Assembly (NCBI GenBank): GCA_963762115.1
Contig: CAVXJH010000005.1
Coordinates: 43,968 to 107,967, forward strand
DNA length: 64,000 bases
From: Candidatus Babeliales bacterium
GTDB taxonomy: Bacteria > Babelota > Babeliae > Babelales > JANWKD01
Direction of reading: 5' to 3'
The position numbers and the translations under genes are program-made. Under the pieces are notes generated by a model, which worked only from the letters and a program-made list of their open reading frames with translations, was not told where the DNA came from and made no database searches. This document shows, one piece after another, positions 10,071 through 18,508 of this stretch (the first letter of the stretch is position 1; every line of letters starts with the position of its first letter).

Positions 10071-11260
10071 ATGAACAAAAAAATAGTATCAATATTATTT
10101 GTAACCAATAACTATACTCCTTATTCTGGTGGCGTTGTAAGTTCTATTTTTTTACATACAACAGCATTACGCAAACAAGGTCATACCGTCACTATTGCCA
10201 CACTCGATTTTTTAAATACGCACCACCAACAACAAGAGGAGCATGTCATACGTCTTTATTGTCCTATTCGCTGGATTATGAATACAAATCATATGGCAAT
10301 CCCGTGGCAAGCAACCAAACAACTGGAACATCTTATAGCAACATTACAACCCACCATTATTCATGTTCACCATCCATTTTTACTCGGCACTGCTGCAAGC
10401 CGTGTCGCTCGCAAAAAAGAATACCTCTTGTGTTCACCTATCACACTCTTTATGAACAATATGTACATTACATACCCTATATTCCTCACCTCATTTCCAA
10501 ACAAATGGTTACTCACCTAGTAAAAAAATTCTGTAACAACGTTGATGGTATCATCGCTCCAAGCAGCATTGTTGAAGAACAATTACAACAGTCACAGATT
10601 AAAACTAAAACAGCGCGGATACCCAGTGGCGTTGCAGAGCACTTTTTTTCTGCCATGCCGCGCTTGCCAAAACAACCATCAACAAAAATACAACTGCTCA
10701 GCGTCAGTCGATTTGCAAAAGAAAAAAATATTACTTTTTTACTCGATGTTGTTGCCGCTCTTAACCCAACACAATTCAACACAACGTTTATTGGCTACGG
10801 TCCAGAAAAAAATAATTTAGAACGGTATGCCTTTCATCACAAAAAAATTTCTCCTCAAGCAGTTCAATTTATCGAAAGACCATCAAAAGAAATACTCTTA
10901 CATGCTTATTATGCCGCCGATATTTTTATCTTTGCTTCAAAAAGTGAAACGCAAGGAATTGTTTTGGCCGAAGCTATGTCACAAGGAACACCTGTTGTTG
11001 CTGTGCATGGTCCTGGCCAACGTGATCTGATCGAACAAGGGAAAAATGGCTTTTTAGTGCACACTCAACAAGACATGCAAACGGTTCTTGAATATATACA
11101 CGCAAATCCCACGCTGCTTGCCTCATTACAGCACAATGCTTTTGCAACAGCACAGAACTTTAAACCGGAAATAGTTACGCAGAAATTAATCGACTTTTAT
11201 TATGACGTTATTAATCATTATTCTACGAGCCCAAAAAGAAATTTTGAACTTATCTATTAG
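10071..11260 (+). pseudogene. GT4-family glycosyltransferase (diacylglycerol glycosyltransferase-like), interrupted by a 1-nt frameshift
   Basis: N-terminal piece: ILFVTNNYTPYSGGV...IIHVHHPFLLGTAASRVARKK. C-terminal piece in another frame: RIPLVFTYHTLYEQYVHYIP...ASKSETQGIVLAEAMSQGTPVVA. An A7 in place of the A6 at 10413..10418 would fuse them. Confidence 0.75.
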
Positions 11261-11332
11261 CATTAAATGAGAAAAATGATAGTATAAAACAGATAATAAT
11301 TAATTTTATGTTCATAATTTCGAGGTGTAACA

Positions 11333-11674
11333 ATGATAGTAAGTTTGAGACATAAAACATCACCAATTCTTTTTATAATGATTTTTCTTTTAACAAATAC
11401 AAACACATCATTATCACTTCATCGCAACCAATTTAAGAATCGTCGAAATTCATTAGAAATAATGCTACCCAAGATGCAACAAGAAGAATTTAATTCTCGA
11501 TTACAAGAATTTACACAACAACAAAAAAATGCCTACCAACAAACTATAGCGCCTCAACCCAAACAAAAATCTTCTATTGAAGTAACGGTGTTACAACCGC
11601 AAAAGCAATTTACTCCAGAAATACTTGCATCAATTAAAGAAGCAATCAGATTCTGCCCAACTAGAATCCGTTAA
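11333..11674 (+). CDS. small Gln-rich ORF with N-terminal hydrophobic leader; possibly the detached N-terminus of the downstream esterase
   Basis: MIVSLRHKTSPILFIMIFLLTNTNTSLS leader. The ORF overlaps the open upstream extension of the next ORF (open from 11586) in a different frame. Confidence 0.35.
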   Translation: MIVSLRHKTSPILFIMIFLLTNTNTSLSLHRNQFKNRRNSLEIMLPKMQQEEFNSRLQEFTQQQKNAYQQTIAPQPKQKSSIEVTVLQPQKQFTPEILASIKEAIRFCPTRIR

Positions 11675-13607
11675 AAAAAAATCTTATGCTGATATTCACA
11701 ATATTCAACAGGGCAAAACAACTAAAAGTATTCTCTGTAGGCCTTTTGCTGAAGATCAATCAATATATAAACGAGGCAACGTTACAACGTCTGACAACTC
11801 TCCACAAAAGAATTCTCCTGAAAAGACAGCATCTTGTCATGATACTGCGCAAGAAACTGATGAACAAGAAAATGGCAAAGAAAAAGAACAATTTCATAAT
11901 CTTCAATCTGAACCAATTGACATGACGGCTTCGATATTCATTTATCCAATAGAAGTACAAAATGAACCTATAACTGAAATTGTACGAGAATTACCTGAAA
12001 AAAAACTTACCAACGATGAAGCAATGCCTTTTTTATTAACAAACATTACAACGCCTGAAAATTCCCCATTAAATGCTTATCCTGAAAACCTAACCAGCTA
12101 TTGTGTTGCACGAGATAATGACTCACCAGAAAAAGGTAAAAGAAAACTTACTGACGATACAATAAATCATTCATCAAAGGATGGTGAAAAAGAAACAGAA
12201 GAAAAAAATAATGATAATGAAATTAAGTCATATGAAGATTTCTCTTTATGCATAGAAGATTCTTTACAGCCAGATGAACAATTAAGCGCATTATGGCCAG
12301 ATGAACAAGTAAGCGCATTAGAAAACACTAGCCCCTGTGGAATAATTGCTGCACAAGAAATTCGTAGCCGCAAAAAATTAGATGTATTAAATATGCATGA
12401 AAACCCTCAAGCATCTTATCAAAACTACTTAGCAACAATACTATTAGGTAAATCTAATACCTTTAAACTTTCAGATTTGTATGAACAAATCAGCCAAAGG
12501 GATCAAAAAGACACTTCAGATATTAATGACCATGACAAAGAAGAATGGGTTACTCTAAGCAACCTACCAAATCCTAAATTTAAAGAATATGAGTGGAAAC
12601 CAAAAATAATTAATACTGACAAGAAAGAAAATGGCATTATCATTTTTTTTCTTATTCATGGAACCTTTAATGATTCAACTGAATATTGTAAAGATAAAGA
12701 TGCAAAAATGAGCAAGGATTTAATTAATTTCAGCAGCATGCTTGCTGATACAAATGATTGCGCAGTCAAAATTATTCCTTTTCAATGGTCCGGAGAATTA
12801 AGTGTTGAAACTAGAGAAGAGGCCGCTTCAGTGCTACAACGTTATTTTCTCAGTGATGAAGACTGCATGAATGCACATAAAACAATAGCTTTTAGTCATA
12901 GCTATGGCGGTGATGTTCTTTTACAATTTGCAAACTTACTCAAACCTCATAATAAAACATTAGATTTAGCTGTTATGGCCGCAACACCATCGGGTGAAGG
13001 GACTAAGAAAGAAACAGTTAAAAAACATGCAAGAATATTAGAATATACCGACCCTGAAGAGTGCTTCAATATTAAAAACATTATTCAATGTTTTTCGCGA
13101 GGTGATGTAACGCAAGCTTTAGGATCTCGGCATATGACCGTGGGTATATTTAATCCTCTTGGGACCGCTGAAAGAAGATTGCCTTTTCGCATAAGCAAAG
13201 ACAGAAATGTCGTAAATTGCCATTTTGAGCATAATGGAGAACTTTGTTCACACGTAAGCATCAAATGGCATGCTGCTGCATCAATGCATCTTTTTCTTCC
13301 TATGCTCCAAAACCTTTATCCTCATGCGCATGATCTGAATATTTCCACCTGTGATGATAACAGGTTACACTTACCAATTATAACCCTCAGAAATAATATT
13401 TTCTCACCTGGCTGTGAAACAACAAACCGTCGTTCATTTCAAGCAAGCATCCTTGGAGAAGAAATGTTTGAAAAACTCTACGAAAGATCGATAGGAACTT
13501 ATAATACATTGACATTATTTAAATTATTTAAAGAAGGAACGGACGCAGGATATGATCCCAAAAATCAAGGCCGTGAAGACTTAGCTAAACTATTTGAAAA
13601 AAACTAA
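11625..13607 (+). CDS. alpha/beta-fold serine esterase/lipase-like protein with long acidic low-complexity N-terminal region
   Basis: The C-terminal half has an oxyanion-type FFLIHGTFNDS and a nucleophile elbow AFSHSYGGD. The track start at 11625 is a TTG, and the first in-frame ATG is about 100 codons downstream. Confidence 0.55.
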   Translation: MHQLKKQSDSAQLESVKKKSYADIHNIQQGKTTKSILCRPFAEDQSIYKRGNVTTSDNSPQKNSPEKTASCHDTAQETDEQENGKEKEQFHNLQSEPIDMTASIFIYPIEVQNEPITEIVRELPEKKLTNDEAMPFLLTNITTPENSPLNAYPENLTSYCVARDNDSPEKGKRKLTDDTINHSSKDGEKETEEKNNDNEIKSYEDFSLCIEDSLQPDEQLSALWPDEQVSALENTSPCGIIAAQEIRSRKKLDVLNMHENPQASYQNYLATILLGKSNTFKLSDLYEQISQRDQKDTSDINDHDKEEWVTLSNLPNPKFKEYEWKPKIINTDKKENGIIIFFLIHGTFNDSTEYCKDKDAKMSKDLINFSSMLADTNDCAVKIIPFQWSGELSVETREEAASVLQRYFLSDEDCMNAHKTIAFSHSYGGDVLLQFANLLKPHNKTLDLAVMAATPSGEGTKKETVKKHARILEYTDPEECFNIKNIIQCFSRGDVTQALGSRHMTVGIFNPLGTAERRLPFRISKDRNVVNCHFEHNGELCSHVSIKWHAAASMHLFLPMLQNLYPHAHDLNISTCDDNRLHLPIITLRNNIFSPGCETTNRRSFQASILGEEMFEKLYERSIGTYNTLTLFKLFKEGTDAGYDPKNQGREDLAKLFEKN

Positions 13608-13610
13608 AGA

Positions 13611-13640
13611 GTTGGGCCGTAGAATATTCTACGGCCCAAC
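13611..13640. terminator. perfect 30-nt palindrome, bidirectional terminator candidate
   Basis: GTTGGGCCGTAGAAT|ATTCTACGGCCCAAC sits between the convergent stops at 13607 (+) and 13661 (-). It is flanked by A/T runs. Confidence 0.7.
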
Positions 13641-13660
13641 ATTAAAAAATCTCGTTTATG

Positions 13661-14422
13661 TTACTCTTGTGGAATACCATCCAAGTGGATTTGTATTTTT
13701 TGAATCTGATTTTCTAAATCTTGAATTTGATCAGCGCTAGCAGTGCCACTCGCTTCTAAATCTGCTAATTGCGCACTTAAATCATCTAATCGTGTCGTTA
13801 ACATGTCATAAATTTCATCCCAATTTCCATCTTGTTGCAACACAACTAATGAATCATCAAATCCTAAACCATAACCATAGTAAGGATAATAACCACCCCA
13901 ATATTGATTAATAGCAAGGGCTGATAATATTCCTAAGCCAAGCCACAAGCCACCAAAGCCCCAGCCCCAGCCGCCTCCCCAGCCACCGCCACGGAATGCA
14001 CCATGACGACCTGCAATACCACGACCGCCATGACGTCCACGACCTGCACCGCCACGTCCACGACCTGCATGTCTACCAGCACCGCCACGCCCACGAGCTC
14101 CAGCCCTAGTTCCTGCTCTACCTCTAGCGCCTGTTCTTGTACCCGCTCTTCGAGTTCCTGTCGCTCTTGTTCCCGCTCTTCGAGTTCCTGCTGCTCTAGT
14201 TCCAGCTCTTCGGGTTCCTGCGGCTCTTGTACCTGCACGGCGAGTTCCTGCTGCTCTAGTTCCACCAGCGCGACGGGCACCACCAGCTCTCATGCCACCG
14301 CCACGCATGCCACCACCACGCATGCCACCTCCGCGTCCGCCGCCGCCGCCACCACCACCTCTTCCATCAAGCTGTGGAATCACCAACAGCACCATAAGAA
14401 TCGATAAAACTATTTTTTTCAT
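13661..14422 (-). CDS. secreted Gly/Arg-repeat (RGG/GAR-like) protein with Gly-aromatic segment and acidic coiled-coil tail
   Basis: Signal-like MKKIVLSILMVLLVIPQLDG. This is followed by RGGGGGGGGRGGGMRGGGMRGGGM, then 5 x RRAGTRAAGT-type units, then GWGGGWGWGFGG, YYPYYGYGLGF and an acidic helical end. Confidence 0.7.
   Translation of the reverse strand: MKKIVLSILMVLLVIPQLDGRGGGGGGGGRGGGMRGGGMRGGGMRAGGARRAGGTRAAGTRRAGTRAAGTRRAGTRAAGTRRAGTRATGTRRAGTRTGARGRAGTRAGARGRGGAGRHAGRGRGGAGRGRHGGRGIAGRHGAFRGGGWGGGWGWGFGGLWLGLGILSALAINQYWGGYYPYYGYGLGFDDSLVVLQQDGNWDEIYDMLTTRLDDLSAQLADLEASGTASADQIQDLENQIQKIQIHLDGIPQE
14123..14275 (-). repeat. about five tandem 30-nt coding repeats (RRAGTRAAGT units) in a GC-rich island
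   Basis: The + strand shows the unit CGAGTTCCTG(Y)(Y)GCTCT(W)GT(W)CC(C/A)GCTCTT repeated. It lies inside CDS 13661..14422. Confidence 0.75.
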
Positions 14423-14585
14423 ACTATTCCCCTTTATCGTTAAAAAATAACAACACTTATATTTTAATTTTTTTATAGTATAAAAATCAACAATTCATTT
14501 CAAGATGTAATTAAATCGCCACACTTTGCCTCGTATAATACTAGAAATTTCAAAGAAGTATTTATTATTATGAAATAAAAAAAGG

Positions 14586-14939
14586 ATGACTCTCATGAAA
14601 AATCTGTTATTCATATTCATAAGCTGCTTACTGTTTACTATTCGCCTTAAAACAATGTCAGACAGAATTGAATTCATAACACCGTCATATAATGACTGCC
14701 ATGAGAAACATTATATGCAATACAATTCAAAAGAATTCATTGATCTATTACTGTCATTACAAAAGCCATGCAATGAATCTAAAGAAAGTGCCAGATTAGG
14801 GGTTTTAGTAGATCGTTATATTGAATACCAAATAATCAAACTAGACATTGAGCATCAACTTGCAACCCTACAAGCCGAACGACATATTCTTTCAATCCGA
14901 GAACGATTTAAACGATATCAAACCAAGCAAAACCTCTAA
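14586..14939 (+). CDS. hypothetical small protein with N-terminal hydrophobic segment
   Basis: 117-aa ORF, MKNLLFIFISCLLFTI leader. No family recognised. Confidence 0.35.
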   Translation: MTLMKNLLFIFISCLLFTIRLKTMSDRIEFITPSYNDCHEKHYMQYNSKEFIDLLLSLQKPCNESKESARLGVLVDRYIEYQIIKLDIEHQLATLQAERHILSIRERFKRYQTKQNL

Positions 14940-14977
14940 AACACCAAAGGTTTTAATAATTTTTTTATATTTTCAAA

Positions 14978-16963
14978 ATGAAAAAAAAGTGTTATAATAA
15001 CAGTATGAAAAAACTTTTTAAACTACATTCACCCTTCATTCCCGCAGGAAGTCAACCTGAAGCTATCAAAAAATTAACAGAAGGAAGACCTGGCATATCA
15101 ACCCTCCTTGGGGTGACTGGCTCTGGAAAAACGTTCACCATGGCAAATATAATTGCCAATCAGAATAAACCGGTGCTTATTTTGTCGCCCAACAAGACAT
15201 TGGCTGCACAGTTATATGAAGAATTCTCCCTATTTTTCCCTGAAAATAAGGTTTGTTATTTTGTCAGCTATTATGATTATTATCAACCTGAATCATATAT
15301 GCCTGCTCAAGATATTTATATTCCAAAAGAAACCAAGGTAAATAGTGAAATTGAGCGGTTGCGTGTCGAATCGACAGCATCCCTTATTAATAGAAAAGAT
15401 ACCATTGTAATCGCCTCTGTTTCGTGCATTTATTCCCTGGGTAATCCTGATGATTACCGCAATTTAGCATTTGCTCTTACGGTAGGCCAAACAATTAAAC
15501 GGGTCGATTTAATTAACCAACTTATTTTTATACAATACAGAAGAAATGATGTTCAAAGAGACTCGGGGACCTTTGCAGTGATTGGCAACACCATTGAAAT
15601 CAATTTACCCTATCAAAAAGAAAAATTAAGAATTGAACTCTTTGGCGACACTATTGAAAACCTTCAATGGATTGATAAACAAAATAATAATGTGGTCATG
15701 AATCTTGATAATACACTGATTTTCCCTGCCAAACATTTTGTAACAACACAAGAAAAAAAAGATGCTGCCGTAGAAAGTATCACCAATGAAGTTGAAGCAT
15801 GGGCACCACAATTACCAAATCCGTTATATCAAGAACGTATAAAACAGCGCGTTGCACATGATCTTGAAATGCTTCAAGAGGTTGGCTATTGTTCAGGCAT
15901 TGAAAACTATTCACGTCATTTTGATGGTAGACTTCCTGGCACAAAACCAGCAAGTTTATTCGATTTTTTTGATAATGACTTCTTACTTTTTATCGATGAA
16001 TCACATATAGCAATTCCCCAATTAAAAGGAATGTATGCTGGCGATAGAGCACGCAAAAAAGCATTAATCGAATTTGGATTCAGATTACCTTCAGCCTATG
16101 ATAATCGCCCCCTACAATTTCATGAAATCGAAAGCTATTTTAAGGATACCATTTTTGTTTCGGCAACGCCGTCTGAATATGAACTTGAAAAATCAGATCT
16201 TATTGTTGAACAAATTATTCGCCCAACAGGGTTATTAGATCCGATCTTGGAAACTCATCCGCGCACCAATCAAATGAACCATCTCATTGAACAAATTACC
16301 GCAACAACAAAACAAGGTTACCGTTCATTAGTTATGGTGCTCACCAAAAAATTAGCAGAAGAATTAGCGCTCTACCTTGAAGAAAAGAAAATTAAAGTTT
16401 GTTATTTGCACAGCGAAATTAAAACACCACAACGCAGTGAACTCCTACACAAATTACGTGCTGGCGTTTTTGATTGCTTAGTTGGTGTTAACTTACTGCG
16501 CGAGGGAATTGATCTTCCAGAGGTTGCCCTTGTTGCGATTATGGATGCAGATATTGAAAGTTTTTTACGCGATAAACGTTCGTTAATCCAGATTATTGGA
16601 CGAGCAGCGCGTAATGCTGAATCTCGTGTGTTGTTATATGGTGATAAAATGACAAAATCATTAAAAGATGCCATGAATGAAACGCAACGCAGACGCACCA
16701 TGCAAGAAGCATATAATACCGAACATGGCATTAGTCCCATAAGTGTGAAACGAGAAGTTACCAAAACAATCTCAAACTTCCAAGCGGCTATTGCCTTGGC
16801 AGCCAAAAAACGTTCTCCTAAAAAAGAGACGACAGAAAAAATATCAATTAATGATCGTATTCAAGAACTTGAAGAAGCAATGGTTAAAGCAGCTGAAGGA
16901 TTCGATTTTGAAACAGCAATTGCTTTACGAGAAGAATGGTTTGCCTTAAAAAAAGACAAATAA
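14978..16963 (+). CDS. uvrB: excinuclease ABC subunit B
   Basis: FKLHSPFIPAGSQPEAIKKL, Walker A GVTGSGKTFT, YFVSYYDYYQPE, DESH and a C-terminal UVR motif. The true start is probably the ATG at 15005 (MKKLFKL...). Confidence 0.97.
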   Translation: MKKKCYNNSMKKLFKLHSPFIPAGSQPEAIKKLTEGRPGISTLLGVTGSGKTFTMANIIANQNKPVLILSPNKTLAAQLYEEFSLFFPENKVCYFVSYYDYYQPESYMPAQDIYIPKETKVNSEIERLRVESTASLINRKDTIVIASVSCIYSLGNPDDYRNLAFALTVGQTIKRVDLINQLIFIQYRRNDVQRDSGTFAVIGNTIEINLPYQKEKLRIELFGDTIENLQWIDKQNNNVVMNLDNTLIFPAKHFVTTQEKKDAAVESITNEVEAWAPQLPNPLYQERIKQRVAHDLEMLQEVGYCSGIENYSRHFDGRLPGTKPASLFDFFDNDFLLFIDESHIAIPQLKGMYAGDRARKKALIEFGFRLPSAYDNRPLQFHEIESYFKDTIFVSATPSEYELEKSDLIVEQIIRPTGLLDPILETHPRTNQMNHLIEQITATTKQGYRSLVMVLTKKLAEELALYLEEKKIKVCYLHSEIKTPQRSELLHKLRAGVFDCLVGVNLLREGIDLPEVALVAIMDADIESFLRDKRSLIQIIGRAARNAESRVLLYGDKMTKSLKDAMNETQRRRTMQEAYNTEHGISPISVKREVTKTISNFQAAIALAAKKRSPKKETTEKISINDRIQELEEAMVKAAEGFDFETAIALREEWFALKKDK

Positions 16964-17060
16964 TTTAAACCATGAGTCAACAGGCACCTCTTGTCATATT
17001 AATCATTTTGAGCTATTCTAAGAGAAATAAATATAATTATATTAATTATTAAAACAGAAG

Positions 17061-17438
17061 GTGGTCATTATGAAAAAATTACATTATGCATTAGTTATTA
17101 CAGGAATTTTTTTTCTTGTTTTTTCTCATTCTCAACTCTTTTGCGTATACGATGATACAGTAGCAGGCAGAGCCGATGCTAGAGCCAAACGAGCACCATT
17201 AAACATACCGAAAAATAACACCTTATTTTCACAAGGCTTTTGGCATGGTTTTATGCCATTTAGATTACTCAGCCCTAGTTCATTCAATGATTTTTACCGT
17301 GAAACATTTGGATCAACTAATGGTGACAAAAGTTACTTAAAAGGATTTGGCGCTGGTCTTGGCAGTGGCCTTGTAACAGTGACTGCAACAACATTAGGCG
17401 GCATTTATCTTTACAAAAAATTTGTAGAAAAAAATTAA
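17061..17438 (+). CDS. small leader-bearing protein with C-terminal Gly-zipper membrane segment
   Basis: Likely start is the ATG at 17070 (MKKLHYALVITGIFFLVFSHS). C-terminal GFGAGLGSGLVTVTATTLGGIYLY. Confidence 0.45.
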   Translation: MVIMKKLHYALVITGIFFLVFSHSQLFCVYDDTVAGRADARAKRAPLNIPKNNTLFSQGFWHGFMPFRLLSPSSFNDFYRETFGSTNGDKSYLKGFGAGLGSGLVTVTATTLGGIYLYKKFVEKN

Positions 17439-17480
17439 AAATATAAGAAATTTTATTAAAGATTCAAATACAAGAAAAAA

Positions 17481-17825
17481 CTATATTTTTTCTTGTATTT
17501 GAACAAGTTCTAAATTCAAAAAATACGTTAATACCGTTCTAATTACCACCAATGCACCCAATATACCAATTTGATAAAAATCTGGATTAGCTATTGTTTT
17601 GATGATATCTGCTGCAAGCATAAATTCAACGGCCAAAACAATACTCTTTCCCAGGGTAAGGCGCATTTGATCATTACTCATTATCGGCATCATACCCAGG
17701 ATGCCCGTCATATAGCGCCCAATACACCATAATGCTCCAGAAGTAATAATAATTACCCCTACAACATCCAAAAATTCAATAAGAAATACAATACCCAAAT
17801 TTGAAATTATGCTCACCATACTCAC
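17481..17825 (-). CDS. small integral membrane protein (DUF1622-like)
   Basis: 114 aa with 3-4 TM helices. The LAVEFMLAADIIKT motif resembles DUF1622 as I recall it. A 3' hairpin overlaps the stop. Confidence 0.45.
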   Translation of the reverse strand: MSMVSIISNLGIVFLIEFLDVVGVIIITSGALWCIGRYMTGILGMMPIMSNDQMRLTLGKSIVLAVEFMLAADIIKTIANPDFYQIGILGALVVIRTVLTYFLNLELVQIQEKI

Positions 17826-17959
17826 TCCCTTCTTTTATGTTACAATAACGATTATTCAAAAGAAAAAGCAATATATTCAAAATACTATCTTATTTTTTAT
17901 AATATAATAATTTGTATACTATCATTACATTTTACTCACTTAATACATAGGATATTTTT

Positions 17960-18484
17960 ATGAAAAAAACACAGATTTTTTTGTTGAGTCTATCATTTTT
18001 CTTACTGTCATCAGCAATGGAAGAAAAACCTGGCTCAAAAAAACCAAAAAAAATTAGCTTTGCGATTGAACCAAAAAAGAAAATTCTCACAAAAGAAGAG
18101 CGATTTTCCAGAGAGATGCTCGCACTTAACGCTAAACAAGCGCAAAGAAAAATTAAAGAATGCACCAAATATGCAAAACGAGCCGTAAAACAAGCACAAA
18201 AAACCAAAGACAGGACAACAAAAACAGAAAAACTTGATTCAGCTGAAGATTTTTATTGCCAAACCGCTCTCATCTATTTAACTATTTTTGCCTCTGATAT
18301 GCAAAATATGGATGCTTTTGATAAAGCACAAAACATAATGGAAAAAGATGTCTATTCAATAGGAGTAAAACGGCAAGAATATAATATTAGTTTTTACGTA
18401 CATCCAAATCTGGAATTCACCTGGAAAAAATTCCGCGAAGCAGAAGACAATTTGCGCATTCAACAAAAAAGAAAAATTTGCTAA
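17960..18484 (+). CDS. leader-bearing lysine-rich protein
   Basis: Leader MKKTQIFLLSLSFFLLSSA|MEEKPGSKKPKK. Basic and helical. Ends KRKIC. Confidence 0.5.
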   Translation: MKKTQIFLLSLSFFLLSSAMEEKPGSKKPKKISFAIEPKKKILTKEERFSREMLALNAKQAQRKIKECTKYAKRAVKQAQKTKDRTTKTEKLDSAEDFYCQTALIYLTIFASDMQNMDAFDKAQNIMEKDVYSIGVKRQEYNISFYVHPNLEFTWKKFREAEDNLRIQQKRKIC

Positions 18485-18508
18485 CATAATTCAAAAAGAG
18501 GAGAGCGT

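Noticed and set aside
14123-14275. 30-nt periodic repeats considered as a possible CRISPR-like array
   Set aside because: The units are contiguous with no spacers. They are in frame within a coding sequence and encode a peptide repeat. No cas genes are in the window.
13933-14407. ORFs 13933..14283 (-) and 14003..14407 (+), which overlap the RGG gene in other frames or on the other strand
   Set aside because: They are by-products of the GC-rich, stop-poor tandem repeat. Their translations are monotonous (Val/Glu/Gln or Ser/Thr/Cys runs) with no start context. The 13661..14422 frame has a leader, a paralog and a coherent domain order.
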